A stretch of 64,000 bases of DNA, taken from contig JBLDXI010000001.1 in NCBI GenBank assembly GCA_047495785.1, positions 3,038,001 through 3,102,000 on the forward strand. The letters are read 5' to 3'. The notes under the pieces are model-generated. The model did no database searches and was not told where the DNA came from. It was given only the letters and a program-made list of their open reading frames with translations. The translations under genes were made by a program, and so were the position numbers. Positions 25,774-37,349 of this stretch are shown here, piece by piece. Origin of the DNA: Lepidodermella squamata. Lineage: Eukaryota; Animalia; Gastrotricha. How positions within the stretch are numbered: the stretch's first letter is position 1; the number at the start of each line of letters is the position of its first letter.

Positions 25774-27560
25774 CTATTCGTCATCTTCCTCCGGGCGGTA
25801 GAGAGCCTTACGACTGGAACCTTCGCCATTATACCTGAAAGATAAACAAGTTAACTCGATAATTTTGGTGATTTGTTAAGCTTCTCATACCCTTCCATCC
25901 ACTCGCTGACTCCCCAGCAAGGTCGGCCGTTGAGAGTTCCCTTCAGAAAGACGTCCGTAATTTGAGCATCTCGGTCGTTGCCGATGTAAAACGCCGGAGC
26001 GGCGAATACCTCCTGGATGCGGACTTCGAACTTCTGCGGGAAAATCAGTGGGAATTTTCCGGCGCCGTAAGACGTGAAGCTGAAGCCGGGCTTCGTCGAG
26101 TAATGCTCGTCAATCTTGCTCAGGTCGATATCAGTTCGTGGGATCATGCTGATGTCGCCGTTCGAGTGGACCCGGTAGCCGAATGCAAGCCGGGACATCA
26201 TACCAGGTCGACATAGGACAGTAGTGTTCAGGCCAGAACCATCATCGCAGAACAAATAGAAAATCCCTGAAAGTCATAAAATTGCAATTAAATTCCACAA
26301 TATAGAAAAATTGTCAGGAAAAAATGAATAAGGGAAGAAACTAAACCCAATAAAAATGTGGAAATTTCGTAGAATTCACCAACCAAATTTTCAATTTGCT
26401 AAGCTTTATTTTTTAGCTTTCGAAAACACCCGAAATTTTTAATAATTTTTAAATTTAAATTTAAATTATAAATTGGGTAATCAATTTTAATCAATTTTTA
26501 ATTTGATACTGCTCGGTATTTTCTTATTTGATGCAGTGTGTCGACATCGATCCGATCGATCTGAACCTATCGGTTCAGTTTTTCTCCAATTTTTTTAATT
26601 AGGTATTCGTGAAGATTTGAAGCGAAAATGTTGAATTTTTGTGGATACATATTTAGTTGTAGAAGATTGCCTACCATAACGATGAAATTCGCACCAGTCG
26701 CGGAACTTTCCGAACGTGTGATCCCGAAGCACTTGAATTCTCGGGTTGTAGGTTCCATGTCCCTCGACGGTGACCGTCACCTTAGCCTCGCCGTACTGTT
26801 CCAAATGTGTCTGGTGCTGTTTCTCGAGCGTCTCAAACATCTCACGTGACCACGTTTCACGCGCCACCGAGTCGCTAACGCTATGCGGGTGAATGTCGCA
26901 GTCCGTATCAAACAGGCGTGAAGTACCTTCCCACTCAGCTTCGAAATCGACGTGGACAATTTTACTGGACACCTTGTCGCTAGGGACGCCTTTGAAGCCC
27001 GGTGGCAATAGACGCATCGGGCCGCTTCGCTTCAGTCGCCATTTGCGGCCAGGTTCGATTTGAGTTATTTCCAACCCATCCGAATGCCACTGCCCCTTTT
27101 CGTCCTCAGGCTTGATTCTAACACTAGTGTCCGGCATTTGTGGTCGGAGTAGGACCCCGACGCCAGGGATTACCAATTCGAAGGCGCTTTGGACCAGGCC
27201 GTTATGGCGTCTAGCTCCTGAGGCCAACATGCAATAGCCCTCCTGATTGGCACCAACAAAATAAACGGCATCTACAGATTGCGGGAATTCTTTCGGCAAC
27301 GGATGAGGGCCGTCCAATTCAGCCAAATCATCGGTTGATTTGGCACCCATTCCAGATTGTCCCTTCCTTTTCAGACCTAGTTTATTCGTTAATTGGCGGA
27401 ATGACACCAGGAAGAAGAATAGAACGTATTTGAACGGGTGAGTCCGGCCGGGTTGGCGGTACAGACCCCGGACTGCTTTAGGAGACGGCGCCATGACGTA
27501 GGACAAGAATGGCGCCAACGTCAGAACGCAATAAATCAAAGCTGCTAGCCAGAAATCCAT
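25774..27560 (-). CDS. Uncharacterised protein with N-terminal membrane anchor and beta-rich body
   Basis: Exons 26675-27560, ~25891-26266 and probably 25774-25835. Motifs DAVYF.GAN, QTHLEQYG, RDHTFG..RDWCEFHRY and WGVSEW resemble a conserved but uncharacterised invertebrate family (from memory, unverified). Confidence 0.7.
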
Positions 27561-28540
27561 TTTAATAAATCTCTACCTTTGAAGTGATGAAAAATGGATT
27601 TAAATTGAACTTGAAAGCCTCATGGATGTCTTATTTCTCTTCCCCGCGACTGATCGTCTGTATCCTTTCGGGTTTTGAAGAAGGCGAAGGCAATGCAAGC
27701 TAAACCAAAACTCGTCCCCACAGCCGAGAAAATATTGATGTGGTTATAACATTTTAATTCTTCCAAAAATTCAACTATTGTGCGCCATTCATTCGATCTA
27801 AAACAATTGTTTAGGTGAATGTCCAACTAACCATTTTTATATATTGAAATATGTTGAAATTGGCTATTTAGGCTTTAGACAAGTACCGTATTTGTTCCTA
27901 TAGCAGCGCGGGCTACTAAAATTTCAACCTCGAAATTTCGAAAATTGTGAAAAATAACGTTTGGTGAATCGTTCATTTTTGATGTTTCCGAACCGACTTG
28001 ACCCCTCAACCATGGGCGATTATTAGTGGATGGGCTACTATTGGAACAAATACGGTATTCGCCCTTTGGGTCGCTGCATAGCAGGCAGCGTATTGAAACA
28101 TGTTTTTTCCGAGGCAAGCTGGTTTTGCAGGCGATCTATTATATTTTGCAAGCTTCTCCTCACCTTTTCTCGAGATGTAAAGCAAAAAAGCCATATTTTA
28201 GCAGCAAGCTTTCCATATTTTACTGTTCTCAAATATCATCGATAACAAATCGTGCAATAAATAATAATAGAAATAACACAATCACAAATTGAGCGGAATT
28301 TCAAAAATCGAGTATAAAAAACGATGAGATCAGCCGATATAACAACACAAAATATTGTGCGTTCGCCTTCAAGGCAAATTATGACAACAATTTTCAGTTC
28401 ATAATCATATATCACACTCAAAATAAAAAATTGTTTCTGATTTTTTGGAAAAATCACATGGCGGGCCAAGTTCGGAAATATTAAAAAAATTGCGCCGTCT
28501 TATTGACTTCGCTTAAAAATCTAATTTTCTGTGAGAAAAT

Positions 28541-29878
28541 TCAAGGTTCAGTTGGGAAGGCTGCGATTGGTTGCGGATCTTCATTTCCCGCCGAATTCGC
28601 GCCGGTCGGCAGCGGATTCGAAGCTACAGCCTGGCTAACAACCGGCCTCTGCTGGTCCGGGCTCGGTTTATGGCCATGCGGCGAGTCCATCATCAACGAC
28701 CGCAAGTACGCAATCAAATGATCGTCATCACTAGTTATCGCCAAAACCAGCCAGGCTAGCAAACAACACGCAGCCCTGGCGAAATTCAACCTCAACCACA
28801 AATTAACCGACTTGTCCAAATCTGCTAGATACTCCTTCTGCTTATCAGCCATCAGCTTTTCAAGATAATCAGCTTTTAATCCGCCTAAAAGCGTGGTTGT
28901 ATCAGGCGTGGGGGTGGTTGTAGTCACCCTCTGAAGAATCAGGCCTAAAGTCGTCGAATTAGTCACCCTACTCAAGGTCGCAGCAGTCGGAACGGCCAAT
29001 GTTGTAGTAGTAGTGCTAGCATCAGGGCTATCTTTCGCAGCCTTACTCAACAGACCATCGTCTGAAATTGAAATCAACGCATCGTGCTGTAGCGAAACTA
29101 GGGTGACTAGTAACGCGGCAACGTACAACAGCATAAGCGGTACAGAGCCGTTTCGAAATCTAAACATATCCGACAGGCGTTTTCTCGTCACAAAACTAAC
29201 ATCGTAACGATCGACAATTGTCAATAGGCAGTACGTGATTAACGCGTAAAATATACACCCGATAGGTAGCGACATTTTACGGTAAAAACTCGCAAAAATT
29301 CCGAATTCTTCCGTTTGCAAATAATCGGTATTTTTACCCGTTGACGGTATCAAATGTGAAAATAACAGCTGACCAGTTATAGCATACCAGCTGGTCAACC
29401 CGGCTAGGAAACCGCATAGAAATAGCCCCGTGGTTTGTTGAACTTTTTGAACAACAATTCCAACCTCTAGCAACTCGTTTTCAGCGGGGCGTTGCTGCTC
29501 AACCACCTGTTGCTCAGCGTTGCCATCCGACCCTAAACCGCCGCGTTTCGGATGCACCATCGCCGGCCAGCCTTTCGTTTTTTTGAATCCGTTCGATTTC
29601 TGGACGAAATAAAACGGCGGTTCAATTTGCGGCTGGTTTTGGCCCGGTTTGTCAGACGGTTGGCTCTGCGCGATTGGAGCTACAACCCGGGTCGGTTTGA
29701 TCGGCAGCCGGATGGGTGGCAACTGGCCGCCGGGTGGAATGTCGCTGATGTCTTCAGTCAAATTTTCGAGCGCATCCATAATCGGCGATCGCATAGGCAT
29801 AGGGGCCGTAGTTGGGATTTGAACGCGTAGATTCGTTGTAGTCTGGTCTCTGTATAATACAATTAAATATGACGTCAA
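28541..29878 (-). CDS. TMEM237: Transmembrane protein 237 (ciliary transition zone, JBTS14)
   Basis: Four TM segments with TMEM237-type motifs GLFLCGFLAG..W, FY..MSLP...FY.L...L..DRYD, LLYVAALLVTL and W...N........LAWLVLA. Start codon uncertain (splice-acceptor-like tatacag near 29851). Confidence 0.8.
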   Translation of the reverse strand: MTSYLIVLYRDQTTTNLRVQIPTTAPMPMRSPIMDALENLTEDISDIPPGGQLPPIRLPIKPTRVVAPIAQSQPSDKPGQNQPQIEPPFYFVQKSNGFKKTKGWPAMVHPKRGGLGSDGNAEQQVVEQQRPAENELLEVGIVVQKVQQTTGLFLCGFLAGLTSWYAITGQLLFSHLIPSTGKNTDYLQTEEFGIFASFYRKMSLPIGCIFYALITYCLLTIVDRYDVSFVTRKRLSDMFRFRNGSVPLMLLYVAALLVTLVSLQHDALISISDDGLLSKAAKDSPDASTTTTTLAVPTAATLSRVTNSTTLGLILQRVTTTTPTPDTTTLLGGLKADYLEKLMADKQKEYLADLDKSVNLWLRLNFARAACCLLAWLVLAITSDDDHLIAYLRSLMMDSPHGHKPSPDQQRPVVSQAVASNPLPTGANSAGNEDPQPIAAFPTEP

Positions 29879-30616
29879 AATACCGCAATAGCCAAATTAG
29901 GAATGATAGTAAAAATCACGGTTGGTTTTGAGTTACTCATCCGAGTCGGAATTTTTAATTCAGATGATAACGGTGCCGGAAAAGTAAATGCATAAAATTG
30001 TACAATGCATTGGTTTAACAAGCCGCGTCAAGTCACACCTCACGGATTTTTATTCGAAACATTTACAACGCAGTAAAATATGTAAAGTAACGTTCTCTTT
30101 ATGAGCCAATTGTGACCTTAATAACCCCAAGTCCCATACTTTTGATAATTACCTTGAACAGTCTATCGTAACAAGGAGCAATTTCTTAACTACACCCACT
30201 ACTTTTAGCATCACGGTCACTAATTCCATTTTATTAGAAAGTTATGTATTACTCAGGAATTCGAAGCAAAATTATGCGATAATTATGAGAAACTTCAAAC
30301 TCTTCAAACTTTCATTTCAAGTCCTTTCCAAAAAAATCTAAAAATTCCTTTAATGTCCCATATTTTGATGAAGGCAAATTATCAGTGTGGTAACAAGGCA
30401 TTTTATGATAGAAAATAACGCGAAATTTGATTTATTCCGGTTAATTTTAAATTTTGAAATTTGACTCAATAAAACGTTAAAATTCGGTTCTGCCCAAGGA
30501 ATTTCCAGAGGAATGTAATTGCCCTAATTAGTTTCCAAAATAGGAATATAATTGTTCGTATCGGCTGTTTTTAGGGATTTTCAAACTATTTCATGCTACT
30601 TTTCCTAGCCTAGAAA

Positions 30617-31315
30617 ATGCTCAACAAATTAGTTTTATTAACTTGTTTAATAATTGCTACATGGATCAATCACTCGAGCCCGGCTATTATTAAACGCGAC
30701 ATCACCACCACGGATACTGAAGATCACGAAGAAACGACACCAAGCGATGACCGGTCTTCAAATGTCTCAAGCGAAAATTTCATCTCCCTTAACGAGGCCA
30801 CCGAGGAGGAAGAAGAAACCTCAGATGATACGGATGAAGATGATCAGGAGGAAGAATCAAGCGAAGAGCTGGAAACTACAACGCCTGCGTGTAACTACCA
30901 AGACTGCCTATCAACAGAGGACAATTCCTATCTCGGAGAAATCGATTTATTCAAGCGGTTAGGGCTGATTTTCGACGAAAAGGCTGAAGTGGATGGGAAA
31001 TTTTGCGAGGTTATGCGGCGTGTTATTCGATGTATGCATTGCAAACTAGGCACCGGCGTTAGACCGGACGCTTTTCTAAATGGCATCAAGCAGAGTTGTG
31101 ACCTTATCGTAGCAGCAGCGGCGAGTAGCAACGAAGAACGCCGAACTAGTAATCGCGAGGGCCGGAATTTGAACGGTGGTGCTGATGAATCACTCGATGA
31201 TCAATATTCAGGTTCTGGCGATGATGAGTCATCAAATCGCCTTGATTCAACGCATAAAAAACAGCAAATTATGAATACTTTAATTCGATGCGTGTGCCTG
31301 AGTAACCGGAAATGA
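30617..31315 (+). CDS. Secreted acidic, Cys-containing protein of unknown family
   Basis: 232-aa intronless ORF with signal peptide MLNKLVLLTCLIIATWINHS, a KR dibasic site, a D/E/T-rich region and a Cys-bearing helical region. Confidence 0.7.
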   Translation: MLNKLVLLTCLIIATWINHSSPAIIKRDITTTDTEDHEETTPSDDRSSNVSSENFISLNEATEEEEETSDDTDEDDQEEESSEELETTTPACNYQDCLSTEDNSYLGEIDLFKRLGLIFDEKAEVDGKFCEVMRRVIRCMHCKLGTGVRPDAFLNGIKQSCDLIVAAAASSNEERRTSNREGRNLNGGADESLDDQYSGSGDDESSNRLDSTHKKQQIMNTLIRCVCLSNRK

Positions 31316-34300
31316 GTGGGTTATAGTGGAAATATATGAAAAATGCATAATTATTAATGTTCAAGTCTCATCGAATACGTATTGCTTTCCTTTGTTTACT
31401 GGCGTGTTCTATTAGATGCTTAGGTTTAAACTCACGGAGAAAAATAATAAAATGTAATGACGTTCTGCTTTTTGTTACAACTCTTATTCTAAAGATAGGT
31501 GGCTCCTCGTTTTTAATGTAATCATTATTTATTTATTTTATGGCAATATTTATTTATTTTTCTTACGTATGAAGCCGATGCACTATTGGTCAAGATTCCT
31601 TGAAATCATGCTCGAGAGAGGCAAATAAGGATATTTACTCAATACAAGTACAAAATTGGCCCTTCTTTTACCTGGATATTCACTTTTCAGAATAATTTCG
31701 ATGCAATTTTTTGCGAATTTTTCAATTTTTTACCACGTTTACTTTTAGATAACGCGAATTTGCAATAATTCGCTTGAAAACCCATTTTCAAAATTTTTTG
31801 GAATTTTATAGCAAGTTTAAAAATAACTAAAAAATCCAAATGAATTATATAATTTTTACGAAATAAATAAGTTTTTAATATTTTATAAGTTTGGTGCCAA
31901 GTTTTGAGATCCGGTTCGGCTGAAAGATATTCTCAAGTTTTTGCACTTTCGAAAAAAGCGCCAATTATCTTGAATATTTACATTGAATCAATTAGACGTT
32001 ACACCCATGGGAAGCCAACAATTGTGGGTCCATATTTTTCCAGGCCAAATCCAGGCCTTCTTGTACTCGTGTTTACTCTCAAATTCAATTAGCAACATTT
32101 CTCAAGCTTTTTCCGTTTTCACACAAAAATTATTCTCACCACCGCAAGGTGTGACAAAAATATGCGCCGTTGTTTCATTCATACATTTATTTTAAATCGA
32201 TTTTTTCGGGCGAAAAAAAAACTTACGCAGAAATGGCGCCGGGCTCCGAGGCCACGTTCGTGTTGCTGCTACTGGCGCCAGTCGTGCGCCGCGCCCGCCG
32301 CCGGCCGCTGACCGCCCCGTCACCGCTCGGCGTTGCTACGCCAAGTTCACTGACACTATCGACAGGCATCGCGGTAATTTTTTTCGTTCGTACGTTGCCA
32401 AAAAAATAATTAATTAATCACCACTAGATAACAGAGTAGAATAGCGCATTGTTATAGTATACATACATACAGTTAGACACCCTGGTTTTTGTTATTCTCA
32501 TTATTTTTACGCACGCGCGCTTATTATGAGTATACAATAATACATGCATTTTTGCAATATACCTATAAGTCGCGTTGAAAATAAACAAAGCGAATTAATA
32601 ATAATAATAACAATAAGTTGACGAGGTGCGCGCGTGTCAATCGATTACCACCACCAACCAGCTAGCCAACTGGCTCGATTTAACGAAGTTGGGTTCTTGT
32701 TGACCCAGCGCACGTTCGCTCGTTGCTTCGAGACAGCAGCCGCATCGAACTCGCTGTTTTCATATTCATCCACGCGCCATTTATTACATCAACCGACTGC
32801 AAGCAACAAGTCGCCCGTCACCCGATGAAAATTCGCGCATGTGATACAAGACAGTAGCCGCTTTTTTCCGTGCGCCCGCCCGCCCGCCTCGCCTTTTGTC
32901 TTGTAAAGTTACGCTAATAATAACAACAGGGCCCTCGCGACACCCGCTTCATGTATTACTAATCAGTGCCTGCTTTCGATTAAATTATATTACCGCTACT
33001 TCGATACACACTTAAGGGCCGGGCTGTTTTTCGCCGAAACAAAGCAACAGCAGCAGCAGCCACTTGACAATAGGGAATAGGTGTATAACAAATTCATCGC
33101 TAATTGCAGGCTTCGTAACACACGCAAAAAATGCTTTGGAGAATTTTGCGATATTATTATTATTATTATATTATTGCTACATCGCAAAACTCAGCACGCG
33201 ATTTGTTCAGTAGGATCGCGACCCCGCGAGATTAGCGGACATCAGCAATTCGGCGGCACAACCGAAGCTTTAAACACGCACGCCCAAGTGCGAGCGAGTT
33301 TTCGCCATCGCCTATTTTTTTTACGCTTCGACCATCATCAAATCACATAACGCCTGCGTATAATAGATTTAGCCGGCGAAAATTCCACCTTAATATTTTT
33401 GAAGCACGCGCAAATTAATTTATGCGCATTTTTTGCGACCATTCATCGTTCTGCATAAAATGGGACGCAATCAATTATCCTTATAGCTATTCCCCAATTT
33501 AATTAGGCTAAGCATTGTTTTTTCGGCAAACCGCGAAAGTAGGTTGTTCTGACCGCAAGCAGAATCGCGGAAATTCTAGAAAAAAACACGCTTGTCCCAA
33601 CTTTTTTCCTTCAACCTTTCTTTGTCACTTTATCCAAGCCTAAACCTTGTTAAACCTTAATCTTTCAAAATTTCAAGCCCCAATAAAAAAACTAGTTCTC
33701 AGGCTTGGAAATTGAAACAGACTTCAGTTCCAAACTTAGCATAACCCTTCATTTTCTTCAATTTTGAATTATTTTCTGAACCTCCAGGATGTTTAGCCAG
33801 CATCTAGGTTGGAAAATCCCAATAGGAATGTCAGTTCCAAGTTTAGGGGCCGTAGCAAGCGATATGTTCTGAAACTGCCTGATGCTACTAGAACTGTACC
33901 CTTGCTTTTCCAATCTAAAACAAGGCATTATGAAAAGTAGATTTTTTTGCTAAATCTCTTCTAGAAAACTATTCTAGTCAACTCTAAATTGGTATCATTC
34001 AATTCCCGATCCTCGATACTCAAAGTGGCACTGAAATCACTCGAAACCGAAAAAATTGAGCTTAATGACTTTCCACTTGTCGCCGTTATTAGTCTCATTA
34101 TAAGCTATCGAACACATTTAAAACCTTGAAAAATTCAACCAAGTTTAGAACTGTCAACTTTTTTGATTGAACTAACAAATTCGAACGATTTATCGACCCG
34201 GTGAGAATTAACTGGGATCCTTGTGTTTCAAACATCTCTACTAAAAGAAAACCATTAGGTATTCGAAAATTTAGGGCCAGATTTACCGGAATCCTCTCAA

Positions 34301-34515
34301 AACTCATTTTGATAACATGCTCATTCAAAGTGGTAGCAAAAGCAAGGTTGAAAACTTACTTTGAGCCTCATATTCTAACGCAATTTTTCCTTCAATTCCT
34401 ATATTACATGTCCGAAGTCCATGTTCCAGCCAAACAATTTAAGCCTTTTCCGCCTCTCAACACAAGTATATTTCTATCATTTCTCTTTAGAATATGAGTT
34501 AGAAAATATGCTTTT

Positions 34516-35541
34516 ATGGATGATTTCATCAAGGCACTCAGCGCAGACGTAAACCAACTGTCGCCGGCCGTTGAACCGGCCCAACTGCCAACAGCCCAGA
34601 AGCGCTTACTGCCCCTGCCAACCGCCGGCGCCTTCGTCGTCGGCTCAATCATCGTCCTGCTGTTCATCGATTACGTCCGCCACATGACTATGAACCTGCC
34701 CAAACGAGCGCTGTTCATCGTTGAACCGGTGGAGGCGGCGAAAAAACGCGTTTGCCGCCACAAAACGCACAAATGCGACGACATCTCCGACATGAACGCC
34801 GAAACATCAGGCGGCGGCGGGACGAAGGGCGGCAAGGGCGGCGGTATCATCGCCCGGGGCGTCAAAATGCGAAAAGGCGGCGGCATTTTCGGCCGTCGCT
34901 CGGACAAATTCAACGAGGAGAATCAGAGCGAGTTCGAAATTCGGCGGCGGCAGACCGTGGCCGGTCGAGGCCGGGGCGGCTCGCCGAAATCGCCGCGAAC
35001 CCTCGTGAAACAACGCAGCAGCATCTCGCCATCGGGTAGCACGCGGATATCCGGGTCAACTCCGCCGGGTGGAGCTAGCCCTAACATCGTGAATCGCCCG
35101 TCAATTCTCGACATCGGCCAGATGAAAAATGTGGAGAATACGCGCCGGATGAGCCAACCACCAATGTATCTTTCAATCGCTCACATCGACAATAGGACAA
35201 CTTTACATAGTATAGTACCACCCCCAGCCCCGCCACGGCCCCGGCAGCGGCTAACAGTCGCCGCTATCCATCACCATAGCTTCAACGAAGAAACAGCCCG
35301 TGAATTACTGAGCGTGGAAATGTCGCCGAGTGATGGCACGTTGTCGCGGCAACAAAGCCAGCAGCAGCAACAGGTGGTGGCTCGGGGCGGGTCTTCGCTG
35401 CACCTGCCCCGCATGGCTAGCAGTGAGCACTACACTTCCTCGTCTTGTTCGTCGACTTCCTCGCCGCAAAGCGACTCGACGTTAACAGCTAGTGGTCCGG
35501 CGGTTAAATTCAAAGCAAGCGATTCGTTCATCGACCTGTAA
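34516..35541 (+). CDS. Single-pass membrane protein with long Ser/Pro/Arg-rich disordered tail
   Basis: 341-aa GC-rich ORF in an AT-rich context, with one hydrophobic helix (AGAFVVGSIIVLLFI). An acceptor ctctttag lies just upstream (~34490). Confidence 0.65.
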   Translation: MDDFIKALSADVNQLSPAVEPAQLPTAQKRLLPLPTAGAFVVGSIIVLLFIDYVRHMTMNLPKRALFIVEPVEAAKKRVCRHKTHKCDDISDMNAETSGGGGTKGGKGGGIIARGVKMRKGGGIFGRRSDKFNEENQSEFEIRRRQTVAGRGRGGSPKSPRTLVKQRSSISPSGSTRISGSTPPGGASPNIVNRPSILDIGQMKNVENTRRMSQPPMYLSIAHIDNRTTLHSIVPPPAPPRPRQRLTVAAIHHHSFNEETARELLSVEMSPSDGTLSRQQSQQQQQVVARGGSSLHLPRMASSEHYTSSSCSSTSSPQSDSTLTASGPAVKFKASDSFIDL

Positions 35542-36167
35542 AACAAATATCAAAATGTTTATAGCTTTGGAATTGAAATTGGACCAAATTTATTTATTTC
35601 AATTCACGTGATATCGAAAATTTTAAGGCAGCTGAAATTTCGAAAACATTTCCGATTACAAAGTCAAAGCTATAAAATCGATCTATCACCAATTAAGCGC
35701 CTTAAATTTGTGCAAAGGTGGCTGAAAGTGCTTTAAACAAATTGCTTTATATTTATCACAAGGCAAAACCAACCTTTTATTTTTCTGCTGACAATTTATG
35801 TGAATATTATGATAGACGCTCTTTTGCTGGTGTTATTGTTTGCTTTTTTCGTCCGACTGAATTTTCTTCTCCGGAATATTTATATATAGAGCCGTAATAA
35901 CAATATATTTTCTCGACAAATCAAAAGCGTTTCCTAGAAGGCGGAAAGAAATCAGAAAAAATGTTTCAAATAAAACGATTGAATTTTCAAGATCGTCTTC
36001 TGTACTTTTTATAATAACAATATAGTCACCGAACCCAGCACAAAGATGGATATATAATAATAATAATGATGGTATGCAGAAGTTATTTTCTCGCGAAAAA
36101 TGGTTATAGAACACATTCAAAGATCAATCCGATTTGCGCGAAAAAACATTCACAATATAATAGTATA

Positions 36168-36341
36168 AAGTGCGGTCTGAAACTAGTGCAGGGGCGAAGT
36201 TCACTAATGAGGAGCTTGGAAAAATTGGAGTTTTATGAATTGCCACATCGATCTTTTTCAACTCAACTCTTGAAACTCTTCAATTTTTCCAAGCTCCTCA
36301 TTAATGAACGTCGCCCCCTGCACTAGTTTAAGACCCCGCTG
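36168..36341. mobile_element. Palindromic MITE, Tc1/mariner-type (TA-flanked)
   Basis: Arms of ~65 bp (aaactagtgcaggggcga..ttca.taatgaggagcttggaaaaattg) in inverted orientation. The right end is ...cgctg|TA and the left is TA|aagtgcgg. Confidence 0.8.
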
Positions 36342-36684
36342 TATACTTTTTCACAAAAGTCCTTTAAAGCAGGAACGGAACAAATTTTATCGGCATTTTT
36401 TACGCACCAGATAATTAATATAATAGTTATACGCGACTCAGAACGGCTTGAAAGACAGGCCGCAAGTTAACAGCCAGAGATAAGGAGCTTTTTATCAGCT
36501 CGCAAAGATGCCTCACTATTGCGGTATTATATATATGCACAGGTCACACCATTCTGCAACCACTTCTGTGGACTTCAACCCCTTATACTGACTGCTATAT
36601 CAGCTCTAAAATTGTTGGATTGTTGTACATATTGAGACAAAAAAGTGCACTTTTCACAGAAAGATTTTTTGACACGTCACGCGT

Positions 36685-37275
36685 TTACAACCGTCGCTGA
36701 GTGTATTTATCTGGGAAGTTGAAAACATGTTGGCCAGATCCACCAGTGAGCGCTAAATGGCCGGCATTAGGCACGACGTTCCACGCCAGAACCAAAGTAG
36801 CATTGTTAGCCTTGAGACCAGTTCCGTCGTCGAAAAAGTAGTACTCTGGGTTGCCCTCGTTTATTTCAATCACCGGGTTTTGGGTTCGCAGTAAAATTCG
36901 GTCCCATAGAACAACCTGGTTCAACGCCTGTAAATTCCGCAAATTAGGAATTTCTTCTTAAATTCGAAAAAAACTTACATTCTCAGCAGTTTTGTATTGA
37001 GCATACAGGATGACGAAGAGCTGTTTGACATTCCAATTGAATACTTTAGTAAAATCCGCCTTAATGCTGAATGAAACTTGGCCAAGATCGCTGCGCTTGC
37101 GATCGCCAGTGAAATCCGGGCCATTGCTCACAGCCACCTTAACAACGGACAGTCTCACGTCGGCATTGTCATTCTTGTTCCAGAAGGTAGTCAGGAAGGC
37201 GAGAAACATAACAACAGCCAGGGTGGTGAGGAAAAACGCGAACAAATTGTTGAGACGAGCCAAAAACGTATTCAT
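36685..37275 (-). CDS. SPCS3: Signal peptidase complex subunit 3 (SPC22/23)
   Basis: MNTFLARLNN..., FNWNVKQLF, NQVVLWD, YYFFDDG.GL and WNVVPNAG. Exons 36979-37275 and 36685-36927 with a 51-bp intron. Confidence 0.96.
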
Positions 37276-37349
37276 TTTCAAGCAAAAAAAAAATCAATTA
37301 AAATCACTATAAAATATTTCATGGAATATATATATAAAAATTGGCACAT

